Shown piece by piece: positions 19,982 through 29,631 of a stretch of DNA of 64,000 nucleotides. The notes under the pieces are model-generated. The model was not told the DNA's origin, did no database searches, and saw only the letters and a list, made by a program, of their open reading frames with translations. The position numbers and the translations under genes were made by a program. Within the stretch, counting starts at the first letter, position 1. Every line of letters starts with the position of its first letter. Source of the DNA: Candidatus Latescibacterota bacterium (GTDB taxonomy: Bacteria > Latescibacterota > UBA2968); NCBI GenBank assembly GCA_965222605.1, contig OZ244960.1, forward strand, positions 448,001 to 512,000, in the 5' to 3' direction.

Positions 19982-20896
19982 ATGTCATATATTCGACTGT
20001 TTTTGCTCGCCGCTCTCGTCTGCTTGCCCGTCACTGCATCATCTACACCGAACTTTGAACCCACACCCCAAAAAGCCAAAACTCAATTGTCGGGTTCAAT
20101 AACCAATGGTGTCATTGACATCAACTCCAAGGGAAAAATAAAAATCCACATCCCCGAGGGCACCCTTTCACTCCCGACCGACTCGCTCTCTACAGTGTCC
20201 AAAGGCCCATCCGGCCCCTATGCCCCTTGCATCCTCGGTAGCCCTGGGCAATCAGTTCTTGGCAATCCAGTCAGATTATCTCCCGTATATACACCGCTTC
20301 CAGACCCGATGAAAATGCTCAATCACATCGGAATTTTCTTTTCAACAGCCAGTGGCGGATTTGGATCTCGCATCAATTACGACCACAAAATATCCCCACA
20401 CACACGCTTTATGGCCAGCCCGGAATTTCTCACTTACGGCCTGTCCAGAGCCAGGGCTATTCTGGGAGACCTTATGCCCCTGGGCACAACGCGAATCACC
20501 CTGATCACCATACCCATCGGCCTCCAACGCCACTTTGCGCCCACATCGCGTATCAATCCCCATATTGGATTTGGTTTTGGCCCCATCATCCGGCTGGACC
20601 ACCGCTCACACCGACTGGGGTACTACGGGAATAATTTGGGTTTAGACAGAATAGTTCGCAATAGACAGAACAGCCTCAATCTTACGGTCCCTCTTTCCAT
20701 CGATGATTTCCCAAGTGCCTCCTTGACCCTGGGCGGCCATCTCGCTTCTGGCCTGAATATCCATTTCGGTGCGAAAAAAAATCTCGCCCTCACCATTGAA
20801 GGCCGCTACACCCTGGCTCGATTCGCCGACGCGCTCGGCTCACCCGGCGATTTCAGTGGGCTATCACTTGCTATAGGATTTGGAAAAGCGTTTTAA
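19982..20896 (+). CDS. Putative outer-membrane beta-barrel protein
   Basis: Signal peptide, alternating beta-strand pattern (INPHIGFGFG, LTIEGRY) and C-terminal Phe. RBS AGGAGG. Confidence 0.65.
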   Translation: MSYIRLFLLAALVCLPVTASSTPNFEPTPQKAKTQLSGSITNGVIDINSKGKIKIHIPEGTLSLPTDSLSTVSKGPSGPYAPCILGSPGQSVLGNPVRLSPVYTPLPDPMKMLNHIGIFFSTASGGFGSRINYDHKISPHTRFMASPEFLTYGLSRARAILGDLMPLGTTRITLITIPIGLQRHFAPTSRINPHIGFGFGPIIRLDHRSHRLGYYGNNLGLDRIVRNRQNSLNLTVPLSIDDFPSASLTLGGHLASGLNIHFGAKKNLALTIEGRYTLARFADALGSPGDFSGLSLAIGFGKAF

Positions 20897-20915
20897 AAAA
20901 TCACCATATAAAATC

Positions 20916-20956
20916 AAAAAAGGGACGCATCGAGTAAATGATGGGTCCCTTTTTTT
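20916..20956. terminator. Rho-independent terminator
   Basis: AAAAAAGGGAC-loop-GTCCCTTTTTTT. Confidence 0.75.
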
Positions 20957-20997
20957 GTACGCACCATTGATTTTAACATATATCTACAATTCCCCTC

Positions 20998-21052
20998 TTG
21001 ACAGTACCCTATATTTAGGGCTATAATTTGAACAACATACAATATCGTGTTG
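20998..21052 (+). promoter_or_regulatory. Sigma70 promoter of nrdR with two tandem NrdR boxes
   Basis: TTGACA(20998)-18 nt-TATAAT(21022). Boxes ACCCTATATTTAGGGC (21006-21021) and ATACAATATCGTGTTG (21037-21052) start 31 bp apart. Confidence 0.8.
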
Positions 21053-21077
21053 ATTTATAGGAAAGGAGCTCTATCTT

Positions 21078-21530
21078 ATGAAATGCCCTTATTGTGGCGT
21101 AATCGAAGACAAAGTCGTTGACTCCAGATCGAGCAAAGAAGGCACAGCCATCCGACGCCGTCGAGAATGCCTGGGGTGTGAACGTCGATTTACGACCTAC
21201 GAATACATCGAAGACACTCCCCTCACCGTTATCAAATCCGATGGCCGGCGCGAAACCTTTGACAAAAACAAACTCATAGGCAAAATCCGGCTCTCCTGCA
21301 CCAAACGTCCGATCTCAACAACTCAGATCGAGGAAATTGCCGACCGAATCGAAGACCAACTCGTAAGCAGAGGCGAACGCGAAATAGAGGCCAAACAGCA
21401 CATTGGCGAACTTGTCATGACAGAACTCAAACGCCTCGACGATGTTGCCTACGTGCGCTTTGCCTCTGTGTACCGTCAATTTAAAGACCTCAGCGACTTT
21501 GAAAAAGAACTGCGGCAACTTGAAAGGTGA
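21078..21530 (+). CDS. nrdR: Transcriptional repressor NrdR
   Basis: MKCPYCG...VVDSR...[18 protein letters not shown], an ATP-cone domain, and [10 protein letters not shown]. Confidence 0.98.
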   Translation: MKCPYCGVIEDKVVDSRSSKEGTAIRRRRECLGCERRFTTYEYIEDTPLTVIKSDGRRETFDKNKLIGKIRLSCTKRPISTTQIEEIADRIEDQLVSRGEREIEAKQHIGELVMTELKRLDDVAYVRFASVYRQFKDLSDFEKELRQLER

Positions 21531-21631
21531 GACGTAATATATCTCACACAAAGACACGAGCGGGGTACAACTGCGATAGCAGTTCAAGATACAAGACGTA
21601 AAAGAGTCTGTACTCACCTTTTACGTCTCAC
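21527..21631. repeat. Intergenic palindromic (REP/MITE-like) element
   Basis: 11-bp inverted repeat GTGAGACGTAA/TTACGTCTCAC. It encloses the motif GAGCGGnnTACAACTGCGAnAGCAGTTCA, also present at 36384. Confidence 0.6.
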
Positions 21632-21634
21632 TTC

Positions 21635-22222
21635 TCACCTTCCTAAAAACTTCGCTTTCCCCTCATGACAAGTCTGACACGTTGCGGGCTTGCCCGTTTG
21701 AATATCCAATAAGCGATCTGTAAACCGCTCCATCATCATACGTGCAACAACCTTCTTGGGCGTGGGCGTGACGGGATCGAGACGGCCATCGCGCCTTCTC
21801 ACATGGCAATAGTCGCATGCCTTCACACCCAATGCTTTCTGCATATCTTTCATCATCGCCACAATTTCTCCGCGCGACATGCCCGCCAACCGCGAAGGTT
21901 TGGCTGCACTTGTATCGCGCACCACAAACCGCGCCGCGCCCGTGTGGCAAAAAGCACAATCGATCGATTTCCCCGCTATTGTAACCAGACCATCCACAAA
22001 ATGATGCTTCATATAAAGCGCGGTTTTCTTAAACGGAGATGGTGCTTTGTAATCGCGCTCACCTGCCTCAGTCTCAGATGGATGGCAATATTTGCATTTT
22101 ACCCCCAGAGCTTTAGAAATCGCTTCCATACCCTCTTTGCTCGTGTCCAAAATGTGGTGATCGTCCGCGTGTATATCGGCCCAAAGCAAGATAACCGCAC
22201 AGCAGAAAACAAAGCGTTTCAC
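21635..22222 (-). CDS. Periplasmic tetraheme c-type cytochrome (PufC-like, internally duplicated)
   Basis: Signal peptide, CKYCH, CAFCH, CDYCH and CQTCH. Two MxxxxKALGVK-CxxCH halves. Confidence 0.85.
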   Translation of the reverse strand: MKRFVFCCAVILLWADIHADDHHILDTSKEGMEAISKALGVKCKYCHPSETEAGERDYKAPSPFKKTALYMKHHFVDGLVTIAGKSIDCAFCHTGAARFVVRDTSAAKPSRLAGMSRGEIVAMMKDMQKALGVKACDYCHVRRRDGRLDPVTPTPKKVVARMMMERFTDRLLDIQTGKPATCQTCHEGKAKFLGR

Positions 22223-23577
22223 AAAGCCCCTCTCACGACTCGACCATCCACCCCACCAGGACTTTCCAGCCCCAACAAAGCCATCATCGTAGGCAAAATA
22301 TCCATCACCGTCGCGTCATCAGATACCAAACCAGGCGCATTGGTAAACCACAGCGCATCATCGAAGGTATGCGTGCCATTCACCGGACTGGATTCAAACA
22401 AAACGCGCTTTTCAAAACCGCCCTTTAAATCGTATCCCTGCGCAGGTACTGCCATAAGATCGGGTGCCGCATCGAGGTCTTCACCAGAAAACACCTCTTC
22501 GCGCATCAACACGCGATCAATGACTGGTGTCCCACCATCGGGATCTCGAATTTCCATCAGCGCATCTGCCACATCTCGCCGGACCTGCTCGTATTCAGCA
22601 CCTGCCTGCACGCAGCCCTCGCGCTCTCTGCCCTTTAGATTCACGTAAAATCGCCCAGGCAACAATGAATAACACCGCGTTCGGGGATCCAGGTCTCTCA
22701 ACTGCTTTGGTTCAGGCGATGCAAAAGACAACAACCCCATCTGTTGCAGCCAAAAATTCAAATGTACCTCGCGCTCTAAAGTGCAAAAACCGTGATCCGA
22801 CACAATCATGAGTAGCGTATCGCTGTATAACCGCGAAACCAGTTCCCCAATAATCTCATCTACGCGCGCGTAAAACCGGTTAAACCACGCAGTGTACGCC
22901 ACATCTCCTCGCGCCACATCGCCCCAGAGAAAGTGGTGTAGCCGGTCGGTATCCATAAAATGCGCCACAAATAAATCCCATGATTCCTGGGCATAATACT
23001 TGAACATAGCCTCTGCACGTCGGTTGAGTGCCCAGAAGATCTCGTCGAGAAATTTCTGGCGGTTTTTCCGCGCCTGCCAGGCGTCAATATCGATCAAATA
23101 CCCCATAGATTCCAGTTCAGACGCGATCGAAGGCGGATAGGTCGCCCGTTTCAAATCGGGTGCTAAAAATCCCGAAATCAAGATGCCATTGACTTTGCGA
23201 GGGGGAAAAGTAGTTGGCACACCCATAGAAAAAACCCGCTGCCCCATATTGCTAAACAGATCAACCCACGTCTTGCCCCGCAACGTTCTCGAAGAGGGGA
23301 TAAACATCTCATAAGTTTGGGGCACGCGGTCAATAAACCCAAAAATCCCGTGCTTGCCCGGGTTGCAACCCGTCGCAATCGATGCCCATGCAGTTGACGA
23401 TACCGTAGGGATCACAGACGTCATAGACATCAGTGATCCCTGGACGATCAACTGCTGAAAATTGGGCATAACCCCCTCGGCAATCAGATGTTGCAACAGG
23501 CTATGTGGCATGCCATCCAGGCCGAGAACAACGACTCGACTAAATTTTGTCTTGTTTCGTCGAAAAAAATTAAACAT
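22219..23577 (-). CDS. Type I phosphodiesterase/nucleotide pyrophosphatase (alkaline phosphatase superfamily)
   Basis: Motifs VVLGLDG, TAWASIATGCNPGKHGIFGF, DRLHH, IVSDHGF and GTH. Confidence 0.9.
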   Translation of the reverse strand: MFNFFRRNKTKFSRVVVLGLDGMPHSLLQHLIAEGVMPNFQQLIVQGSLMSMTSVIPTVSSTAWASIATGCNPGKHGIFGFIDRVPQTYEMFIPSSRTLRGKTWVDLFSNMGQRVFSMGVPTTFPPRKVNGILISGFLAPDLKRATYPPSIASELESMGYLIDIDAWQARKNRQKFLDEIFWALNRRAEAMFKYYAQESWDLFVAHFMDTDRLHHFLWGDVARGDVAYTAWFNRFYARVDEIIGELVSRLYSDTLLMIVSDHGFCTLEREVHLNFWLQQMGLLSFASPEPKQLRDLDPRTRCYSLLPGRFYVNLKGREREGCVQAGAEYEQVRRDVADALMEIRDPDGGTPVIDRVLMREEVFSGEDLDAAPDLMAVPAQGYDLKGGFEKRVLFESSPVNGTHTFDDALWFTNAPGLVSDDATVMDILPTMMALLGLESPGGVDGRVVRGAL

Positions 23578-23590
23578 CTATCCATCCTAA

Positions 23591-23636
23591 AATAAAACAG
23601 GGCTTTTAACCCCTTGTATATAGAAGCTAAAAGCCC
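23591..23636 (-). terminator. Terminator after the tRNA pair
   Basis: Minus strand GGGCTTTTAG...TTAAAAGCCC followed by TGTTTTATTTT. Confidence 0.6.
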
Positions 23637-23653
23637 AAGACATTATAAAACTG

Positions 23654-23731
23654 TGGGGTGAGTGAGGGGATTTGAACCCCCGACCTCCTGGGCCACAACC
23701 AGGCGCTCTAACCGACTGAGCTACACCCACC
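23654..23731 (-). tRNA. tRNA-His(GTG)
   Basis: G-1, acceptor stem GTGGGTG/CACTCAC, anticodon arm CCTGG-TTGTGGC-CCAGG, TTCAAAT loop, encoded CCA. Confidence 0.95.
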
Positions 23732-23746
23732 ACACGAAACGCTAAA

Positions 23747-23820
23747 CACTCCCGGCAGGGCTCGAACCTGCGACCTACTGCTTAGAAGGCAGTTGCTCTA
23801 TCCAGCTGAGCTACGGGAGC
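23747..23820 (-). tRNA. tRNA-Arg(TCT)
   Basis: GCTCCCG-TAGCTCAGCTGGATAGAGC, ACTGC-CTTCTAA-GCAGT, GGTTCGAGCCC. CCA not encoded. Confidence 0.95.
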
Positions 23821-24133
23821 AAAAGACCTGCCCTTGAGGATTTTATCAAGGGTCGAACAGATATCAAATACATCCTATTTGAGAGCAAAATTATCATATT
23901 GATCAAAAAGTGTCAAGCAAAAGTAGCGTCTCTCTTCCCGGACCTTGCCCAATCTGCGACCGCAAATCCTTTGCCGATCCTTCACAGGGCCTCAGACCCG
24001 CGCAATAAGTGGCGGATTTTTACACCGCATCTTTGATTCAAATTCAAGTTTTTTTTCAACTTGACAACCATTCTTTCCCTGATGATATTTCCTTTAATAT
24101 CCGAGTATTCACTCCAAAAGTACGGGGCCGCGC

Positions 24134-24763
24134 ATGCCCAGAAAACGACTCACACAAGCCGAACGGCGCACCCAAATTACCGAAGTGGCAATGACACTCT
24201 TCGCCACCAAAGGATTTACCGGTACCACCACGCGCGCCATTGCCCGTGCAGCAGACGTTTCGGAAGCCATTATCTTCAGGCACTTTGCGACCAAAGAAGA
24301 CCTCTACAATGCCATTATCACCTACACGGTTGAAAAACGTTCAGAACAGTGGGATCAAGACACTACCCCTCCGCCAGACCCGCGCAATATCGAACACCTC
24401 TTGCGCGATTTTGCCCAGACATTTGTCACTCGCAATCGCAAAGATTCAACGTTCATACGCCTGATGATGTACAGCGCACTCGAAGATCACAAGTTCCGAG
24501 AAAAATTTTTCGCAATTTACAGCAATCCCCACATGCGATCCATTCGCCAGGCCATTCAGACCGGTGTCGATCAGGGACAGTTTTGTGAGGTCGATCCGAT
24601 TACATCGCTTCGCTCTTTCTTCTATGCACTCCTGCAATACTGCATCAGCCGTTTTGTTGCGAGAAGTGGAACCGATACGCCAGAACGCGATGACGCCATG
24701 ATTGAAAATCTCGTGACAATTTTTGTGCGCGGACTGCGAATAAACGACAATCATAAAAGCTAA
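24134..24763 (+). CDS. TetR/AcrR family regulator
   Basis: LFATKGFTGTTTRAIARAADVSEAIIFRHFATKEDLY. Confidence 0.93.
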   Translation: MPRKRLTQAERRTQITEVAMTLFATKGFTGTTTRAIARAADVSEAIIFRHFATKEDLYNAIITYTVEKRSEQWDQDTTPPPDPRNIEHLLRDFAQTFVTRNRKDSTFIRLMMYSALEDHKFREKFFAIYSNPHMRSIRQAIQTGVDQGQFCEVDPITSLRSFFYALLQYCISRFVARSGTDTPERDDAMIENLVTIFVRGLRINDNHKS

Positions 24764-24770
24764 TCCTCTC

Positions 24771-26126
24771 ATGATTGATTTACGTTTTCTCGAAGAAGGC
24801 AAAGCGATCCGGGATCCTATTTGGGGCTATATCCACATACCGCCCGATTTTTTATCTCTCGTTGATGCCGAAGAATTTCAACGCCTTCGCGATATATCGC
24901 AACTCGGGCACGTTTTGCTCGTGTATCCCGGTGCCCGCCACTCGCGTTTTGAACACGCTTTGGGTGTGTTTCACATTGCGGGCCATTTCCTCAAACAATT
25001 ACTCAAAACCCAGCCTCCTCCAGATATCGATATCGATGACGTCCGCGTGCTTCTCGCGGCGAGTCTGTTGCACGACATCGGCCATTATCCCTTTTCGCAT
25101 CTGCTCGAAGAAATGCAGATGTTTTTTATTGACCATGAAACGCGGGGGCGCTACATCATTGAAGATCCGAGTACAGAAGTTCACACCGCGCTTCTCAAAG
25201 TGGGCATCGATCCCCAGCGCGTTGCAAATGTTATCGATTACCAGCAGCGCACTATCCCCGACCGCGATACGCGCCTTGCCCATATTCTCAGTGGCACGCT
25301 CGACCCCGACAAAATCGACTATCTTCTGCGCGACGCGCGCTACTGCGGTGTCCCATTTGGCGAGAGCGTGAACAGAGATCGCCTCCTATCCTCAATTACA
25401 TACCATCACGCAACGCAATGCCCGGCCATTACTTACAAAGGCGTATCTGCGACTGAAGCACTCATCTTTACCAGTTATCTGATGTATCGCAATGTCTATT
25501 GGCACCACGCAGTTCGCTCAGCCAATGCCATGTTCAAGCGCGGGATCCAGGACCTTTTGTCGCATCCCAACTGTTCGCTGACAGAAAACGACTTTGACCG
25601 CGCCACCGAATCTGACCTGCTTCATCGCCTCGAAAAAGAACACACCGAACTCGGGATTTCCTACCGAACCAGCCTGATTGGTCGTCTCAAAAGACGCAAA
25701 CTCTTCAAAGTTGCCCGCATATTCTTTCCCCATGAATACGCGAAAAACCTCATAGATTTATTTCGCCGCCTCTATGATGCGCCCGACCAGCGACGAGAAC
25801 TCGAAATGGCCTTTTGCACCCATCTTTCCTCAAAGCTCAATCTCAACCTTTGCGGCAATGAAATACTTCTCGACATTCTCCAATTTGACAAGAGTCCCGA
25901 AGTAAATCTCAAAGTCTTTTTTGACGCCCATATCCCCGTAGAAAAACCAGAACCCCTGAGCTTTGACGACCCGGAAGTCTCTTTGCTCAAAAATTATCTG
26001 CTCGACAACTTTGAAGCACAGGCCAAAGTGGTGCGTATTTTCTGCGATGATATTCCCAATTTGCGCCAGGCCGTGCGCGACGAAGCCTTCGCCTTCCTGA
26101 AAAACTGGGGAATAGTCAGAGCTTGA
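24771..26126 (+). CDS. HD-domain phosphohydrolase (SAMHD1/dNTPase-like)
   Basis: Motifs IRDPIWG, FQRLRDISQLG, HSRFEHALG, LLHDIGHYPFSH, DKIDYLLRD and VYWH. Confidence 0.9.
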   Translation: MIDLRFLEEGKAIRDPIWGYIHIPPDFLSLVDAEEFQRLRDISQLGHVLLVYPGARHSRFEHALGVFHIAGHFLKQLLKTQPPPDIDIDDVRVLLAASLLHDIGHYPFSHLLEEMQMFFIDHETRGRYIIEDPSTEVHTALLKVGIDPQRVANVIDYQQRTIPDRDTRLAHILSGTLDPDKIDYLLRDARYCGVPFGESVNRDRLLSSITYHHATQCPAITYKGVSATEALIFTSYLMYRNVYWHHAVRSANAMFKRGIQDLLSHPNCSLTENDFDRATESDLLHRLEKEHTELGISYRTSLIGRLKRRKLFKVARIFFPHEYAKNLIDLFRRLYDAPDQRRELEMAFCTHLSSKLNLNLCGNEILLDILQFDKSPEVNLKVFFDAHIPVEKPEPLSFDDPEVSLLKNYLLDNFEAQAKVVRIFCDDIPNLRQAVRDEAFAFLKNWGIVRA

Positions 26127-26203
26127 TAAAATGGCCGAAAAGTTTTATATTGCTCACTTCTAAACGCAGACAAGTCATTCTCATCTTTATCTGGATGTAT
26201 TGT

Positions 26204-27130
26204 ATGAAAAAATATCTGACTTTAATGTTTATCTCCCACAATGAAGGTTATATCAAAGAGTACCATCTCTCAAAACCGAAATTTATCGGTGTTATAAGTA
26301 CATTATGCCTGCTTCTATTGCTCTCACTCGGCTATGTTGCCACAATGGGAAAGCGGGAAAGACTCGCCGAACTCAAGGCGGAAAACGCTGCACTTCAACG
26401 TGAATTTGCCTTAATTCAAGAAGAACTGGAAAACATGCGCCACAACATGGATCAGCTGCAGGAAAAAGATCGCATCATGCGCGCATGGGTTGACCTGTCA
26501 GAACCGAGTGACGAAGTGCGTCAAATAGGTGTGGGGGGCGGCGAAGCCATACCACCAGAATGGGAAAACGCCGTTTCAGACCGCGTCTCAGGCCTTCTGG
26601 CCGGTAACCGCATCAATATGGATCAACTCTTGCGAGAGGCACACTTTCTGCAAGCCAGTTTTGATACGATTTTGACAGTACTCGGCAAAGACATCCAAAT
26701 GCGTCAGCACATACCTTCAATTACCCCCGTGCGGATGGACAATCCGAGAATATCATCGGGTTTTGGCATCCGTCGCGATCCATTCACCGGACGCAGACAA
26801 TTTCACTATGGCATCGATTATCCCGGTCGCAGGGGCACGCCCATTATCGCTGCAGCCGATGGGAAAATAGATAAAATTGATTATAACAATCGTTTGGGAT
26901 GGTATGTGAGGATCAACCACGGCTATGGCCTGCAAACTCTGTATGGACACCTGAACAGAAAGCCACATGTCAAGCTCGGAACTCGCATCAAACGCGGTGA
27001 AAAAATCGGCGAGATGGGCAGAACAGGACGCTCAACAGCCCCTCATCTCCACTACTCAGTCATCAAAAATGGCAAGTCCGAAAATCCCAAACATTACATC
27101 TTCGATCAAAAAACGCGCTCTTTGTTTTAA
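26204..27130 (+). CDS. M23 family peptidase with N-terminal anchor and coiled coil
   Basis: Motifs ISSGFGIRRDPF, HYGID, TLYGHL and GRSTAPHLHY. Confidence 0.92.
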   Translation: MKKYLTLMFISHNEGYIKEYHLSKPKFIGVISTLCLLLLLSLGYVATMGKRERLAELKAENAALQREFALIQEELENMRHNMDQLQEKDRIMRAWVDLSEPSDEVRQIGVGGGEAIPPEWENAVSDRVSGLLAGNRINMDQLLREAHFLQASFDTILTVLGKDIQMRQHIPSITPVRMDNPRISSGFGIRRDPFTGRRQFHYGIDYPGRRGTPIIAAADGKIDKIDYNNRLGWYVRINHGYGLQTLYGHLNRKPHVKLGTRIKRGEKIGEMGRTGRSTAPHLHYSVIKNGKSENPKHYIFDQKTRSLF

Positions 27131-27148
27131 CGAGTCAGAGGACAAATT

Positions 27149-28447
27149 ATGGGTTCCGTTTACAGTTCGCTATTTGTCGCAACGGTCTGGGCAGGTCATC
27201 CCGTCGGATTTGATCTATTGACCCACGGCGATGTGCAGTTTATCGCGTTTTACAATGCCGAACGCAAAATGACCGTTGGAATGCGAAAGCTAAATGAAGA
27301 AACATGGACATTTGCACACCCCGAAGGTATATGGCTGGAAAATCGGGGCCGACTGTCTTCGGAGATCGGATGGGACAGTCACAATTCACTGACCATGGCC
27401 ATCGACGACGATGGCCATATTCATTTGTGCGGCAATATGCATGTGGATCCCTTGATTTATTTTCGCACAACGCGGCCACTCGATGTCACGAGTTTTGAAC
27501 GCATAGACTTTATGGTCGGCAAAAATGAGGATCGCTGTACCTACCCCGTGTTTATGCGCGGCCCAAATAATGAATTGATTTTTCGATATCGAGACGGCAG
27601 TAGTGGCAATGGGGTCGATTTTTACAATGTGTACGATGTCCAGACAAAAACATGGCATCGTATGCACGATACGCCATTATTAGATGGTTTGGACCGCATG
27701 AATGCCTACGCGCGCATGCCCGAAAAAGGGCCGGATGGGAATTATCACATGGTCTGGATCTGGCGCGATACACCCGATTGTGCGACCAATCACAGTATTT
27801 CTTATGCCTACAGTCCAGACATCATATCCTGGAAAACAGGTAGTGGCGACGCTCTGACTTTGCCAATTACAATAGAAAGCGGTGCCACCGTCGATCCCGT
27901 GCCCCCAGGAGGGGGATTGATCAATATGACGCAATCCCTGGGCTTTGACGACCAGAAGCGCGCCGTGATCAGCTATCACAAACACGACGAAAATGGATAT
28001 ACACAAGCCTATTGTGCGCGTTTGGAAAGCGGCGAGTGGGTATTTTACAAGGTGAGTGATTGGACTTATCGGTGGGAGTTTGGGGGCGGAGGCTCTATCG
28101 GCGCAGAAATCCGATTGGGCAGTGTCAAAGCAGAGGCCGATGGGCATCTCAGCCTGAGTTACTGGCATATAAAAGAAGGCCAGGGAATCTGGAAATTGCA
28201 TCCCCAAACCCTGCAAGTGATCGGGACATACCCACCACCCGATAACGAGATACCCGATGAATTGGAGCAAGTGACATCTGATTATCCGGGCATGACCGTC
28301 AATCTGCGCGGTGCTCGCGGCAAGGGAACAAGGCGGGATGAACAATACATCTTGCGCTGGGAAACACTGGATCGCAACCGCGACAGACCCAGAGAAAAAA
28401 TTCCACCGCCAAGCGAATTGCGACTCTATATCCTTCGTAAACAATAA
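27149..28447 (+). CDS. BNR-repeat (BNR_4-like) beta-propeller protein, possibly glycan-active
   Basis: Motifs WDSHN, GNMH, TYPVF, YRDGSSGNG, WRDTPDCATNH and YAYSPD. Confidence 0.75.
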   Translation: MGSVYSSLFVATVWAGHPVGFDLLTHGDVQFIAFYNAERKMTVGMRKLNEETWTFAHPEGIWLENRGRLSSEIGWDSHNSLTMAIDDDGHIHLCGNMHVDPLIYFRTTRPLDVTSFERIDFMVGKNEDRCTYPVFMRGPNNELIFRYRDGSSGNGVDFYNVYDVQTKTWHRMHDTPLLDGLDRMNAYARMPEKGPDGNYHMVWIWRDTPDCATNHSISYAYSPDIISWKTGSGDALTLPITIESGATVDPVPPGGGLINMTQSLGFDDQKRAVISYHKHDENGYTQAYCARLESGEWVFYKVSDWTYRWEFGGGGSIGAEIRLGSVKAEADGHLSLSYWHIKEGQGIWKLHPQTLQVIGTYPPPDNEIPDELEQVTSDYPGMTVNLRGARGKGTRRDEQYILRWETLDRNRDRPREKIPPPSELRLYILRKQ

Positions 28448-28528
28448 AAAAAAGCCCCCGTTGAATATATCACCGGGGGGCTTTAATTGTCGCCCGCTAT
28501 TGCACAACAGCAATGGCGGGATTTTTTT
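28446..28528 (+). terminator. Two tandem terminator-like hairpins
   Basis: AAAGCCCCCG...CGGGGGGCTTT and CCCGCTATTGC...GCAATGGCGGG-ATTTTTTT. Confidence 0.65.
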
Positions 28529-28610
28529 GTTTGGAGATGGGATTTCATAACTTATTATTCTCTGTGAGTATATTGTTCCGCAATCGTGTTCGCATAAAAA
28601 AGGAGACGAC

Positions 28611-29579
28611 ATGAGTTCTGATACATTTCGCGGGGTCTTTACCATTCCGTCAACGCCGTTTAAACAAAATGGAGATGTCGATTGGGGCGATCTCAAGCGC
28701 GTGATTGATTTTTGTATCACCTGCGGCGCGCACGGAATTGTCTGGCCCGTAAATGCCAGTAGTTTTCCCGTATTGACCGACCAGGAACGCATGCACGGTA
28801 TGCAGATGGTCGTAGAACACACCGCCGGGCGCGTTCCAGTAATTCTCGGCGTTCAGGGGGCGAGTAGTAATCACGCGGTGATGTTCGCGCGTCACGCGCA
28901 GGTATTGGAAGCCGATGCCGTCATTGCAATGGCCCCTTATATAGAGCCAATCGAGGACGAAGATGCGATGGTGCGCTATTACCAGGCGATAGACCGCGAA
29001 GTGGATATGCCAATTTTTATACAAAATCACACGCGGGGCAGCGAGTTGTCAATCGATACAGTGGTGCGATTGATCAACGAAGTAGAACACATAGAATACG
29101 TCAAAGAAGAGGTCTTCCCCCCAACACACATGATTACGGGCTTAATCGAACAGGCCGGGCCAAAATTGAAGGGCGTATTTGGCGGAGCCAGTGGCCGCTA
29201 TTTATTGCTCGAACATCCGCGCGGTGTGGCGGGGCAAATGCCCGGCTGTCACATAACAGATATTGTGGTGCGCCTGTGGAATGCCCTGGAGGCTGGAGAT
29301 CTGAAAGAGGCAAAACGGGTATATGGCATCATGGCTCCCCTATTTGCGCTCGAGACATTAAAAGGCACAAATTATCCCGAAATACTGCGCCGACGCCAGG
29401 TAATCAAAAGCTCGCACAGCCGTTTGACAACCCGCTTTCCAACTCAAGATGCGTACGATCACGAGGCTCTCGACGATATTTTGCGGGACCTGGAACCGCT
29501 ATTTACCTGGAACGAAAAGCCACTGCTATACGGCCCACCTGAATGGCTTAAACACAAGATCAATGATCGGACGGGTTAA
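28611..29579 (+). CDS. Dihydrodipicolinate synthase (DapA)-like class I aldolase
   Basis: Motifs STPF...VD, LTDQER, GRVPVILGV and Schiff-base Lys in YVKEE. Confidence 0.85.
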   Translation: MSSDTFRGVFTIPSTPFKQNGDVDWGDLKRVIDFCITCGAHGIVWPVNASSFPVLTDQERMHGMQMVVEHTAGRVPVILGVQGASSNHAVMFARHAQVLEADAVIAMAPYIEPIEDEDAMVRYYQAIDREVDMPIFIQNHTRGSELSIDTVVRLINEVEHIEYVKEEVFPPTHMITGLIEQAGPKLKGVFGGASGRYLLLEHPRGVAGQMPGCHITDIVVRLWNALEAGDLKEAKRVYGIMAPLFALETLKGTNYPEILRRRQVIKSSHSRLTTRFPTQDAYDHEALDDILRDLEPLFTWNEKPLLYGPPEWLKHKINDRTG

Positions 29580-29631
29580 ACCGGCCTTTGTAAATAATCG
29601 CTCAATCTCCAATTTGTGACACGGAAATTTC

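Noticed and set aside
23654-23820. tRNAs as an integration site for the islands
   Set aside because: No duplicated tRNA 3' end or integrase was seen, and the flanks are core-like genes.
27680-28822. 380-aa minus-strand ORF (likewise 21803..22648, 61659..62735, 51508..52218)
   Set aside because: Shadow or alternative frames of well-supported genes, with no recognisable motifs.
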